Position numbers and translations under genes: made by a program. Positions 1 to 10,960 of a stretch of 64,000 bases of DNA are shown piece by piece. Numbering within the stretch: position 1 is the stretch's first letter; the number at the start of each line of letters is the position of its first letter. Below the pieces are notes generated by a model. That model was not told the origin of the DNA and ran no database searches. It was given only the letters and a program-made list of their open reading frames with translations. The DNA comes from Anthoceros angustus (taxonomy: Eukaryota > Plantae > Anthocerotophyta), in assembly GCA_010909165.1 (NCBI GenBank), contig MU008172.1, positions 248,001 through 312,000 of the forward strand. The letters are read 5' to 3'.

Positions 1-3000
1 CAGGGATTTGCTTCTGCCCTCGCGGCGGTGCTTGGTGCTCTGACGTGTGTGGATGGGGAAGCTGTATTGAAGCTGGTGAATAAGAATTTGGAGGTTGCCT
101 CCTCCATGAAAGGCCAGGAAGCAAGAGATGTGCTGTTAGGGCGCCTGTTTGCGCACGGTGCACTGATACGAGGTTTCAGAGAGAGAACCATGTCAGTGGA
201 GCTGGCCCAGGAGATTACGCAGCTGCTTTTGTCTCTAGCTGCCCGGAAGACCTTTTTGCGGGAGCCCTCCGTTTCTCTGTTGTTAGAGTTTGCAGAACCC
301 TTGCCTGCAGAGGTTTTGAGGAAGGGCGTTTTTTCTGCTCCTTTGTTCCAAGAATGGATCCAGGCGAAGCTGGATGGCGCTAGCCCTGATGCGTTGTTAA
401 TGGCATTGAGATTGTTCCCGAAACTACCTGCTCCAACAAGGGAGAGCTGTGCGTTGGTTTCGGGTTCTGACGATTTGAAGCAGGTACTCAGTCCGGCGCA
501 TCTCTCATCTCTAGTTCCGATTTTAAAGGAGACAACCTGCAGCCTTCCGAGGGTGCACTCGTTGTGGCCAGTCTTCCTCGAGCTGCTGCTGTCAGGTAAC
601 AAAGTTGGGGTTCCAGAAAGGAAACGGAAAAAGAAGCCAGCATCAAATGTTGGCCAGGAATGGGAGACCAATCTAAAGAATTTCTGGAAGATTGTGGTTG
701 AAGAGGGCTTATTAACTTCTTCTCATGAGAGGAAGCACTTGGCCATGGAGCTGTTGCTACTGCTTCTCCCTCGCTTGAGTCCATCGTTGGTGAGGATTGT
801 TTTAACAGGACCCATTGTGCGCTGCCTATCGGATGTGCTTTCTGGACAGCAGACTTGGTTGCACAAAGCTGCTCAGAGGTGTTTGCAGGAAATTTGTCAA
901 TGGGCTCAACAAGAGGATGAGCGCATCATTGAAGTGATAATCAGCTTGCAAGGATGCACTTGTGGGAAATTTGATGTGAAGTCCAGCACTCAAACGGTCA
1001 GGACTCTTTTTAGCAAGCTATCAGGTGAAAGCAGCTGGAGGGCTTTGATCACAAGGCTTTTCAAATGTTTTCTTCAAGGTTCTCCTGGGGTACATGAACA
1101 CAAAGGAGCTAGTGCAGTGGTAGGTGGAATGGAAGACCTAGGTTCTTCTGGGCACGAGACTAAGGAGGATGTAAACGAAGGGCAGGACGGTGGAGAAGAA
1201 GAGCTGACTACCGAGGATCACTCAGCTTTGGATATGGCAAAAGTTTGGGTTATAGACCAGCTTCTGCTAGTTTTTAAGGTTGCGCAGCTTGAACCTGTGG
1301 TTCGGTCTAGTCTGCAAAAAGACGTTCTTCGGTTTTTGGCTTTGCATGGGTTGTTCCAGGCAAGTGCTCTTGTGGATAGAGAGATAACGGATGTGGGTGA
1401 AAAGTTGGAATTTCCGGAGGGGCCCATCTCAAACCATGTACGGAACATGTGTGTTACTCGACTCTCTACTCTTCTGGTGGATGCACAACGGTCTGTTCCC
1501 TTTAAGCACAAACCGAAAAATCAGGGGAATGAAGCAGACAGGGATAACGTTGATTCATCACAAACAGAAGATTTTGCAGGATTTTTAGTTGAATTTTTGG
1601 CCAGGGTCCAGAAGTTTGACTATATATCATTTGTGCGTCCACTGTCAGAAGATAACAGGAAGGCCTTGACAGGTCTTCATGCAGCTCTTGTGCAAGTGAC
1701 CAAAGCCCTATCTACATGTGACAAGGAGAGCGCAGCGAAGCTGAGAGCAATGCGGCTGTTTTTGGTACAGCTACTTTTTCGATTATATGTGGAGCCAGAT
1801 GCTCCAAGTGACATAGTGGCAGAGCTGCTGCTGTGCTGTCAATACCTGTTTGGGCAGCTCTTTGAGGTGCCAGTGGCAGTTGCCCCACCTGATAACGCTG
1901 AACTTCCAAATACTATGGATGTTCTGGTTGACATTTTGTTGTCAGTGCTAATACAGCCTTCCGCGCGTCTTCGGGCTGGTGCAGAGCAATTGTTTAAAGT
2001 GTTTTGTAGTGACCTCACAGCTGATGGTCTGAAGGCCATTCTGCGGGTTGTGCGAAAGCAACCCAAAGCTGCACGGCACAGGCCTGCCTTCGAAGTAGAG
2101 GAAGAGAGTGATGAGGACGACGACGTGGTGGACATGGACAATGACAGTGATGTTGAGGAGGAAGAGGGCATGAGTGATCAGGTTGAGGATGATGACGAAG
2201 AGGACTGTGAGAGTGATCATGGCGATGATGATGAAGGGGAAGGTGGTGCTGCTGAAGGTGACAAGGGCAGAGTAAAGAAGCAGATGGCTGATGTCATGAA
2301 GGTTCCTAAGGTGGAGGGGAAAGGAGGACTGAAGGTGCAGGCCAATGAAAATACAAACAAGTCAGACTCGGATGATGAGGATGGTAACCTTTCTGACATG
2401 GATGATGAGCAGATGTTTATGATGGACTCTCACCTTTCCAAGATTTTGCAACAGAAGAAAGCAGGTGGTGATGGTAGTCAGAGCAACAAAGATTTCCAAA
2501 GGCAACTGACAGATTTCAAATTGCGAGCCCTTTCTCTCTTGGAGATCTTCCTGCTGAAGCATCCTTCTAGTCCCCTGGTGTTCCCTATATTGCGTGCTTT
2601 GTTGCAGCAGTTCGTTATCGCGAGTGGAGATGGCAACACAGAGTTGATTAGCAGGATTGGTGACATGATTAAGGGCAAAATCTTGAAAGCGAAAGCGTAT
2701 CCGAAAGGGCCCGAATTGAGCAAATCTTTAGTAAAAGAGCTGCTACCGAAGACAATCAGTGTAGCGGCTCGATCACTGAACAAGGAAGTTAGAAACATAG
2801 CACAGCTTTCTGTGTTCTGGCTGTTGAAAGTGCTCAATGGGAACTGGTCAGGAAGTGAGCTGCAGAATGACACAGATCTTAGGCAAGTATTTACAGGTTC
2901 TTTGCAGGATTTCTTTCTGAACCGAAAGCTCCGTTTGCAAGCTACATTCTTCAGCGAGATACTAGTGAGATACCCCTGGCAAGGAGAGTTTTTTGTCACT

Positions 3001-3639
3001 GTCCTACTTCAGCAGTGTAAGTCTGCTAGGACAGCGTTTCTCCAGTGTCGAGCTCTGCAGCTACTTTCGCTGTTTGTCAAGACAACAAAGCGTACAAAGG
3101 GAGCACCTGTGGTGGCTGGGAGCTTAGCAGCAGCGCTGGAACCACACCTGAAGATGCTGGGGGAAGCCCTGGTCGCTGTGTTTCAGAAGCCTCCGGAAAA
3201 AGCTTCCACCCGCAAGGAAGCTTATGGCTACTGCATCTCTTGCCTGGAGTCTTTGCCTAAAGTCTACTCCAATCTACGGTTGGTAGACGTGGTTGATGTG
3301 CCATTGTTGCTTGCAGCGATTAAGGCACTTGACGTGCCTCGGCTTAAGAGACTGGAGTATTTTCTTGAAGATAGCCTAGACGACAGAGAGGAAATTGGAC
3401 ATCCGCAGCCTGTGGACATACAGGAGGATGGAGATCCTCAGCCCACGGGCATACAGGAGCATGGACTACAGTCTGCGGACACACAGGAGAATGGACATCC
3501 CCAGCCCGCGGACACACAGGAGAATGGGCATTCCGAGCCCTCGAGGCTGAAGAAAACTAAAAGGTTGAATGGCGCAGCCCAGGATTTGGAAAGGCCCAAA
3601 AAGGCAAAGAAAATGGCTAGGGCTGGACGTAAAGCTTAA
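1..3639 (+). CDS. MYB-binding protein 1A / DNA polymerase V (Pol5) family nucleolar rRNA-biogenesis protein, 5'-truncated by the window edge
   Basis: Frame is open from base 1 (QGFASALAAVLG, similar to the conserved RQGF..L segment of MYBBP1A/Pol5). 1200+ aa intronless HEAT-like helical protein with an acidic stretch followed by SDMDDEQMFMMDSHLSKIL and FKLRALSLLEIF, and a basic NLS-like C-terminus. Confidence 0.85.
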   Translation, partial: QGFASALAAVLGALTCVDGEAVLKLVNKNLEVASSMKGQEARDVLLGRLFAHGALIRGFRERTMSVELAQEITQLLLSLAARKTFLREPSVSLLLEFAEPLPAEVLRKGVFSAPLFQEWIQAKLDGASPDALLMALRLFPKLPAPTRESCALVSGSDDLKQVLSPAHLSSLVPILKETTCSLPRVHSLWPVFLELLLSGNKVGVPERKRKKKPASNVGQEWETNLKNFWKIVVEEGLLTSSHERKHLAMELLLLLLPRLSPSLVRIVLTGPIVRCLSDVLSGQQTWLHKAAQRCLQEICQWAQQEDERIIEVIISLQGCTCGKFDVKSSTQTVRTLFSKLSGESSWRALITRLFKCFLQGSPGVHEHKGASAVVGGMEDLGSSGHETKEDVNEGQDGGEEELTTEDHSALDMAKVWVIDQLLLVFKVAQLEPVVRSSLQKDVLRFLALHGLFQASALVDREITDVGEKLEFPEGPISNHVRNMCVTRLSTLLVDAQRSVPFKHKPKNQGNEADRDNVDSSQTEDFAGFLVEFLARVQKFDYISFVRPLSEDNRKALTGLHAALVQVTKALSTCDKESAAKLRAMRLFLVQLLFRLYVEPDAPSDIVAELLLCCQYLFGQLFEVPVAVAPPDNAELPNTMDVLVDILLSVLIQPSARLRAGAEQLFKVFCSDLTADGLKAILRVVRKQPKAARHRPAFEVEEESDEDDDVVDMDNDSDVEEEEGMSDQVEDDDEEDCESDHGDDDEGEGGAAEGDKGRVKKQMADVMKVPKVEGKGGLKVQANENTNKSDSDDEDGNLSDMDDEQMFMMDSHLSKILQQKKAGGDGSQSNKDFQRQLTDFKLRALSLLEIFLLKHPSSPLVFPILRALLQQFVIASGDGNTELISRIGDMIKGKILKAKAYPKGPELSKSLVKELLPKTISVAARSLNKEVRNIAQLSVFWLLKVLNGNWSGSELQNDTDLRQVFTGSLQDFFLNRKLRLQATFFSEILVRYPWQGEFFVTVLLQQCKSARTAFLQCRALQLLSLFVKTTKRTKGAPVVAGSLAAALEPHLKMLGEALVAVFQKPPEKASTRKEAYGYCISCLESLPKVYSNLRLVDVVDVPLLLAAIKALDVPRLKRLEYFLEDSLDDREEIGHPQPVDIQEDGDPQPTGIQEHGLQSADTQENGHPQPADTQENGHSEPSRLKKTKRLNGAAQDLERPKKAKKMARAGRKA
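3397..3540 (+). repeat. In-frame ~33-bp (11-aa) degenerate tandem repeat in the Pol5 C-terminal tail
   Basis: GHPQPVDIQED / GDPQPTGIQEH / GLQSADTQEN / GHPQPADTQEN / GHSEP; the nucleotide unit ...gacacacaggagaatggacat... recurs. Confidence 0.8.
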
Positions 3640-3877
3640 GTTGTGGCACGTTGCCACATGGGAGTTGTGGCACCGTGGCGATGGATACCTCCTGTGTCGG
3701 CGACTAACTTGTGCCAGCAGGACCTGGAAACGTAGTCAGTCCCACTGGGGACTATTCTGCTCTACCGCGCCTCTATACAACACGAGATAAAGGCCGGAGT
3801 GCAGGAGTCAATTTGGGGCCATCACACCCTGCAACTAATCACGTTAGGGACGTGTAGATTCCCTGAACATAATACAA

Positions 3878-4272
3878 CGCATGCCCATGTAGAAGTGGTC
3901 TTCTCCAGGATCATCCACAACTTCAACCAATTCCCATTATTCGGGTGCTTCTACTGCTTAATGATTGAAACCTTCCTTATACGGAGTGACAGGAAACAGT
4001 CTCTCCCCCCTGCAGGTAGGTCGCACAAACGAACCAATGACGAGCAATGAACCTCCCTCAACACATCCGCAATTGCAGTTTCATTTGGAGCAACCCGGAC
4101 TCCTTTTTACCGGGATTCGTGAAAGATCTGTCACAAAGACGTCCAATGCATTTCCCAGAACAGAAACATGAAGGCAAATCACATGCCTGTGTAACAATTT
4201 GTAGCATTTCCGCGCAGGAGCGAGGCTGTGTGGCTGTGTTGCATACATCTTGTTGTCCAGCTTGCTCATATA
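3878..4272 (-). pseudogene. GRIK/SnAK (CaMKK-like, SnRK1-activating kinase) pseudogene fragment, copy A
   Basis: Minus-strand exon remnants SKLDNKMYA, IFHESR*KGVRVAPNETAIADVLRE and KQ*KHPN..LVEVVDDPGEDHFYM match the GRIK kinase N-lobe (FHKS.L.R.RVAPSETAM.DVLRE...HPNIV.LIEVIDDP..D.FYM). Stops at 4107-4109 and 3951-3953, and a 1-nt deletion near 3930. Confidence 0.8.
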
Positions 4273-5592
4273 TATAACCGCCGGGCCGGATGGTCAGAGT
4301 TGGGGTTTGGGAGAGTGCCGTAATGGCGGTCAACGTGCTGCGTGCTCCAATGGCGGGCATCGGGAGTCGGGGGTTGGCGGGGATGTGCGTTTCGTGAGGG
4401 CGGCGCTGGCGGCAATGTGCTTGCTGGAGCTCCTTGCCGAGAGCGTTATGGCAGGAGCGTGCTGCCGGGGCCGATCGAGGAAGAGAAGCTGCTCCATGAC
4501 TGTCTCATGGTGAAGAGGGCCACTATTCCTGTCTACGACACCTAACTAATTGCTCGGTAGCGCCATCATTTGCTTGCTCGGTTACTGCCAATTTGCCTGG
4601 AGACAAATTCTCGTTTACAAGTACATGATCAGTAGGTACTTGCTGATATCGGTTGCAGCAAATCGTTTAGGGTCAACAACTAACAGTTTCGGCTGCATGC
4701 AGTTATTTCTCGATCTCCGGGACTTCTCGGGCTTGTTGGGAGGGATTCTGTTCACTCTATATCAAGGTTCAGGGGGAGCGGGAGGTGCGGGTCCCAGAGT
4801 GTTCAGCATCAAATCCCGTGTTAAGCGCGCGATGACTACAGGCGATGAGCTTCATCAACCTGTATCACTGTGTTAGAGAGATTATCGGCAACTGGATATT
4901 TTGAAATTAAAGTATCAAGTCATCAAATGTGATGCAGCGTATAACTTACACGTCCTGTTGAATGACTTGTGCCATACAAATGTCACCAAATTGGATGCAC
5001 ACATGCCTTCCTCTTGCAAAGCATTTCATGGACATGGAGAGCTTGTGCTCACATCGGACACTCTTTTGAGCATTTCCAAACCGGAACACTTTCTTGTGAG
5101 ATTGTTTTGGTCAAGCTTTCTTCTAAGCCCTTAGTTGGAAATTACTGGCTATCGTACCCATGTTACCCCTTCTACCTAGGTATTTTATTCCATGTTTTCC
5201 TTCCAATTAGACTATGCTATTCCGTGCAATCAAGCTAATCCATCCCTTCTTTCCTTTCAATCACACTATGCTATTCTATTGTACACCTTCAACCAGTGCG
5301 CAACCACAACACCCTCCTCTCAATTTTCATATTTATTTATAAAATTAATATCAAAATTCTGGACAAAAATATATCACCAAGAATTCTGCATGGACTGAAT
5401 TTACCGTTATCTGACATACCCACTCTCAGGGATTGTTAGGGTCTCTTTAGACTCTATCTTTCTAAAGAGACAGTGAAGGGAACGAAAATGAATTGATCTT
5501 TAGACTCTTACTTAGATGAAGTGGTAACGAAGGCAACTGTGCTACACTGTTAACTGGCTGAATTGTGAACGTAGGACAGTGAGAACAAAGCT

Positions 5593-6126
5593 GTCAATCT
5601 GTAGGTTAAGCAGCGAAAGCTTGCGGTAGGCAGCTATGGAAAAGTGGTGAGAGCCTGTTGCTTACGCAGGGCATCTAGGGCAGTGTGGCAACCTTGTTTG
5701 TTGTGTTCGAATGCTGTAAATTGCCAGACCATCTAAGCAGCAGACGTTGCTCTGTTATGCCATAGGTTCTGCATAGGAGCAAGCTGGACCACAAGGTGTA
5801 TGCAATTAAGGTAGTTTCACTCACGTGACTGGCTCACTGTTCTGGGAAATGCAATGGATGTCTCTGTGACAGATTTTTCACAAATCTCGGTTAAAAAGAG
5901 TCCGGGTTGCTCCAAATGAAACTGCGATGACGGATGTCTTGAGGGAGGTTCCTGCACCTCCTTGCTCGTCATTGGTCCTTTTGGGCGACCCAACTGCAGG
6001 GGAGAGGCTGATTCCCTAAGCCTGTCACTCCGTATCAGGTTTCAATCACGAAGCAGTTGAAGCACCCGAATATTGGGAAATTGGTAAGAGTTATGGATGA
6101 TCCTGGAATTGACCACCTCTACGTGG
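5593..6126 (+). pseudogene. GRIK/SnAK kinase pseudogene fragment, copy B
   Basis: Exons 5593-5646 (VNL*VKQRKLAVGSYGKV, TAG at 5602-5604), 5766-5810 (VLHRSKLDHKVYAIK), 5873-5947 (IFHKSRLKRVRVAPNETAMTDVLRE) and 6039-6126 (VSITKQLKHPNIGKLVRVMDDPGIDHLYV), with AG/GT(GC) boundaries. No downstream kinase exons are recognisable. Confidence 0.82.
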
Positions 6127-6929
6127 GCATGCCACACTTTTTCGCCTTTTCTGGTAATCAATGGCGGTATACTCTGAGGAACAGAACCAAAGGAAGGCTA
6201 AGACGAAAAGCAGATAACCAGGTACTCTGGAGAACCACAACCTACTCTGAGGAGCCTTATCTACAACACTTACTTGATAGCGAGTCTTCTCCTCTCATAG
6301 ATAACGCGAGCTAAGAATGCGGGCCACAAGGACACAATGGACACTGCCGAGGTCATTGCAGAGGCAAAGGCCTTGCGAGGGTTTTGGATGAAGGCCTTTT
6401 GCACAAGGGTTTTGGTCACCCTCTTCGTATGTACAGTGAATCAGCCGCACAAACAGAGAACGACGAGGTCCAGCACCATAGGCAGGCACGCTGAACCCAA
6501 GCAACCATTGCACAACTGGATGATTTAGTTTCATCTAAGACGACGGGCCAACCAAAGAGAAAGCTCAAGATACCAGGAGACTCTTGAGAAGATTGGCATG
6601 AGGTAGTTGGCGGCGAGAAAATCAGACAAGAAAGTCGGTGCTGATAATAAAGGGCAGCAAGGTGTAGCAGAGAAAAACCACTGCAGGACATACGCTGGCA
6701 AATTCATCCTATATTCCATGGAACAAGAAAAAATGGGAAGAAGGAAGACAACAGGAACCCTACAGCCCAAAGGCATCCAAGGAAGTAAAGTTTCTCATTA
6801 GGACGGCCGCCACAACACCACTGTTACACCGAGCATCTGGAAGCTCAACCAATCTACCTCTACTAGAGCCAAGCCAGGACTGAAGCCCTCTCAGCTCCAC
6901 CGCAAGCGCCGCAAAAATCATGCCATCTC

Positions 6930-7370
6930 TCACGCCGTGAGCACGACCGCGCCTCCGGCAGCCTTGATCTTCTTTTCCGCCAGCTTGGAGAAAAACTTGG
7001 CCTTCACCACCACAGGTTGCGTGGGCAGGTCGCCCTTGCCCAACACCTTGAAAAACCCGTGCTGAGTCACATCCAACAAGGGCGCGGCGCTGGCGCCATT
7101 TGCCTGCTCCTTCACCGAGTCCGGCACCAGCGACCACAGCTTGTCCACGTTCACGATGGGGCAGTGGTACTGGTTCTTCGTCTTGTGGAAGTAGCGCATG
7201 CCCACCTTCCCGAAGTACCCAGGATGGTACTTGTCGAACAGAATACGGTGATGGTGCATGCCTCCGGCGTTACCCCGCCCTCCAGGATGCTTGCGGTGCT
7301 TCCCCACACGCCCGTGCCCGGCCGATACGTGCCCCCGCTTCTTGCGGTTCTTCTTCAACCTAGTCGTCAT
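6930..7370 (-). CDS. RPL27A: 60S ribosomal protein L27a (uL15)
   Basis: [59 protein letters not shown] is the canonical N-terminus; intronless CDS. Confidence 0.98.
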   Translation of the reverse strand: MTTRLKKNRKKRGHVSAGHGRVGKHRKHPGGRGNAGGMHHHRILFDKYHPGYFGKVGMRYFHKTKNQYHCPIVNVDKLWSLVPDSVKEQANGASAAPLLDVTQHGFFKVLGKGDLPTQPVVVKAKFFSKLAEKKIKAAGGAVVLTA

Positions 7371-7465
7371 CGCGCCAACCTCCTGGCGCCTACCAATGCA
7401 GTCGGTGGTGAGGACTCGCAGGTGCGAAAGACCTTCCTGTTCTTCAAGTGACGAACATGAGAACC

Positions 7466-7637
7466 TGGGCCCTCTAGGGTTAGGGTTTCAGGCAGGCAGC
7501 AACACCTATTAAGGCAAGGCAGCAACACCTATTAAGGCAGCAACACCTATTAGGTAGGGTTTTACTCCACCTACATAGCTAGGTACATAATAGGTTTTAG
7601 GAAGGTGAACAATACGAGGTTCCCTTTCGCCTGGGCT
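7466..7637. promoter_or_regulatory. Telo-box and site II motifs upstream of RPL27a
   Basis: TAGGGTTT at 7481-7488 and 7555-7562; TGGGCC at 7466-7471 and TGGGCT at 7632-7637. This pairing is typical of plant ribosomal-protein promoters. Confidence 0.6.
7495..7552. repeat. 3x 18-bp direct repeat GGCAGCAACACCTATTA(A/G)
   Basis: Copies at 7495, 7518 and 7536, lying between the two telo-boxes. Confidence 0.9.
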
Positions 7638-7973
7638 CAAATAGGTCTTTGATTCATTATCAGGCCAGTGCGTGTTACCGCCAGTGTCCAGTGTGAGTGT
7701 GATTCATTTTCCGACCAGCACACCAAGCGCTTTTGTCGACCTCAGACCGGGTCTCCAAGTTCATGTCGAGTTCCCAGCCGCGGTGGCGTCGAACTCCAGC
7801 GTCGGATCTGCTGGCCCTTCCGGGCTGCGAATGCGCAATGGTCGGAGGGGAAATTAGGGTTGGGATGCGGTGGTGCTGGCCAGAGAAGCATCGATCGGGC
7901 GCGGCGGGGGACGAGGGTATCGAGCGATCGAGCTACGCAGCACCGGGCTTCTGGACATGGCGGAGGAGGATTG

Positions 7974-10883
7974 ATGGAGAGGAGGATGCGCGCGGGCGGG
8001 AGGGATGATCGGATGTGCTGGAATGCTGCTGCTGCTGCTGCAGCAGCGGCGTTGGTGTTGCTGGCGGTGTGCGGGGAGGCGGCAACCGAGGCGGGGGAGA
8101 CGGCGGCGCTGGAGGCCATACGCGGGGCTCTGATCGATCCGCGGGGGAGTCTGAGGAGCTGGCAAGGGAGTGACCCGTGCAGCGCGCGGAAGCCATGGGC
8201 CTGGGTGTTTTGCGAGCTGGATAGCAGCGGGGTGGGGCACATCGTGGAGCTGCGCCTCTCCCAGCTAGGGCTGCAGGGCACGCTCTCGGAGGAAGTAGGG
8301 AGGCTCCCGCACCTGTACACGCTGAACCTCATGTGGAATAACATTACCGGCGGGATCCCGGCGTCGGTGGGGGAGCTGGCCAACCTCCAGCTGCTGCTGG
8401 TGAACGGGAACCAGATGACGGGGCCGCTGCCCCCGGAGCTGGGGCGGCTCTCCAAGCTCACCCGCCTCCAGATCGACCAGAACGACTTCTCGGGCGGCAT
8501 CCCCGCGGAGATCACCAACCTCGCCAGCATGCAGCACCTCCACATGAACAACAACTCCTTGTCTGGCCAGATACCTTCCGGCTTAGGGAGCCTGCCGAAG
8601 ATCATCCACATCCTCCTGGACGGCAACCAGCTCTCAGGCACCATTCCGGACGACCTAGCCGTGCCCAAGTCCCCGCTCCAGATCCTGCAGCTCGACAACA
8701 ACCCCTTCGACTCCGGGCATCACGTCCCGTCCAACTTCACCGCCGACGCCCCGGCCCTGCTCAAGCTCAGCATGCGCAACTGCAACCTGGCGGGGCCTGT
8801 CCCGGAGCTCCGCGGCGCCCCGTCTCTCAAGTTCCTGGACCTGAGCAGCAACCAGCTCACCGGCGGGCTCCCCGACGTGGGCTCCCTCGTCAACCTCACC
8901 TCCGCGCTGCTCTCCTCCAACGCGCTCTCCCAGAACGTGTCCGGGCTGGTGCTCGGGCCCTTGCCTTCCCTGCAGACGCTCTTCCTGGCGGACAACAACT
9001 TCACGGGCGAGGTGGACGTGGCGACCCTCCTGGCCGGGGCCCCGCGGGCCGCGTCTTCGGACCCGGGCGTCATCATCGACCTACAGCGGAACTCCCTCTC
9101 GAGCTTCGCCCCGGTGCCGGACGGGATTTCGCTCTTGCTGGCAGGCAACGACGCCATCTGCGGCGCCCCGGACTCCGCCAAGTACACCCAATGCCACCCG
9201 CAGAGCGAGGGCTTCCCGGAGCTGGACCAGGGGCACCAGGAGCAGGCCCCGGACTGCCCCGACGTGCGCTGCGACGCCGGGGCCTTCCAGGCCGCCAAGA
9301 TGATCAACGATGTCTGCCTCTGCCTCTACCCTGTCTCCCTCCGGATCCGGCTCAAGAGCCCGTCCTTCACGCTCTTCCTCCCGCTCCAGGGACGCTATAC
9401 CGCGTACCTGGCTTCCGGCTTGACCAAGGCCACCAACGGGACGGTTTCCATGGTTTCCGACCAGGTTGGGGTGCGGGGGTATCAGTGGGAGGTCGGGCCG
9501 AGGGTGGTGCTGGATTTGCATCTCTTTCCCCCCGGGGGGAGCAGGACTTCCTTCTCGCGCCAGCAGGTGGATGCGCTCTTCTTCGTCTTCTCTAACTGGC
9601 GGGTGCGCGCGGACCCGCTCTTCGGGCCGCAGGAGTTCCTTTGGTGGGATCCGGGATGGTACGGCGCCGCCATGGCCTCGGGCCGGAGCTCGCGGCGGAG
9701 CAGGGCGGTGAAGGTGGCGGTCGGGGCGGTGGTCGGGGCGTGGTGGTCGCCGTCCTCGTGACCGCGGCGCTGGTTTGGCTCGCGTCCTTGCTCGCGTACC
9801 GGTACCGAGCGAGTCGGGCGAAGGGCGCGGCGCTCCTGGCGGGCGGCGACCGCAGCGGGGACCGGTCCGGGCTGGTGGTGACCGGGGTGCGGCAGTTCAC
9901 GTTCGAGGAGCTGTGCGAGGCGACGGCCATGTTCGGCGAGGAGCGGCAGGTCGGGCAAGGCGGGTACGGGCGGGTGTACCGTGGGAGGTCGCGGGGCTGG
10001 GACCGGTCGCCGTGAAGCGGGCGCAGGAGGGGAGCCTGCAGGGGAGCCGGGAGTTCTACACCGAGATCGAGCTCCTGTCCCGGCTGCACCACCGGAATCT
10101 GGTGCGGCTGCTGGGGTTTTGCAGCGACAGCGGGGAGCAGATGCTGGTGTACGAGTACATGGAGGGCGGGACGCTGAAGGAGCGGCTGCGGCGGGGGAAC
10201 CTGGACTTGGCGGCGCGGATCCGCATCGCCATCGGGAGCGCGCGGGGGATCGCGTACTTGCACAACGAGGCGCACGCGCCTATCTTCCATCGGGACATCA
10301 AGGCGTCCAACATCCTGCTGGACGCGCGGGGAACGCCAAGGTCGCCGACCTGGGGCTGTCGCGGGCGGCGCCCGCGGCGGAGCGGGAGGGCGCCGCCCTC
10401 TCGCATGTCTCTACCGTCTGCAAGGGCACGCCCGGGTACGTGGACCCCGAGTACTTCCTCACGCACAAGCTCACGGACAAGAGCGACGTCTACAGCTTCG
10501 GGGTGGTGCTGCTGGAGCTAGCAACCGGGCAGCCGCCTATCTTGCAGGGCCAGAATATCGTGCGGCATGTGAAGGCGGCGCTGGAGGCCGGCACCTTCAT
10601 GGCCGAGATGGTGGATCCACGCATGCCACTGCCCGCCGTGGCCGGGGCTCAGATTGTGGAGTCGCTTGCGCGCCTTGGGCTGCGGTGCTGCCGGGACGAT
10701 CCCGATGCCCGGCCGAACATTCTGGAGGTGGTGCGCGACCTGGAGGTGATGCTGCCCTGGGCAGTCTCGTCCGATGCCACCAGCCCCGGGAGCGGGCCCC
10801 CGACCCCCTCGGGGCCTTACTCCGCGCCCGCTCCCAACTCCGGATCCGTCAGCAGTGTCCATCATTTTGTGGCGCCCCGCTAG
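7974..10883 (+). CDS. LRR receptor-like kinase, LRR-VIII-1 type (At1g06840-like); intronless, with three -1 frameshifts in G runs (probable assembly errors)
   Basis: Signal peptide, LRRNT (W.GSDPC), LRRs, the subfamily segment CLYP...RLKSPSF...W.VGPR...LFP...FGP.E, a TM helix, and a kinase domain ([35 protein letters not shown]). It is split over ORFs 7668-9761, 9641-10015, 9775-10521 and 9981-10883. Confidence 0.88.
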
Positions 10884-10960
10884 GCGAGCTATGTAGATCG
10901 GGAGCAAACACAAACCCGCCCGCCCAAGTTGGATGCCAATTCGTGTTGTAAATTACAAGT

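Noticed and set aside
3878-6126. Inverted repeat read as the long TIRs of a Mutator/Pack-MULE element
   Set aside because: The arms are kinase exons and introns with frame and splice sites, not terminal repeats, and no TSD was found.
6338-6800. Short ORFs downstream of GRIK copy B
   Set aside because: No recognisable motif or consistent splice chain; cannot support a gene call.
7742-8701. Long antisense/alternate-frame ORFs (also 17638-18312, 50169-50777, 54072-54683, 2478-2999)
   Set aside because: Shadow ORFs of GC-rich real genes on the opposite strand, with no independent motifs.
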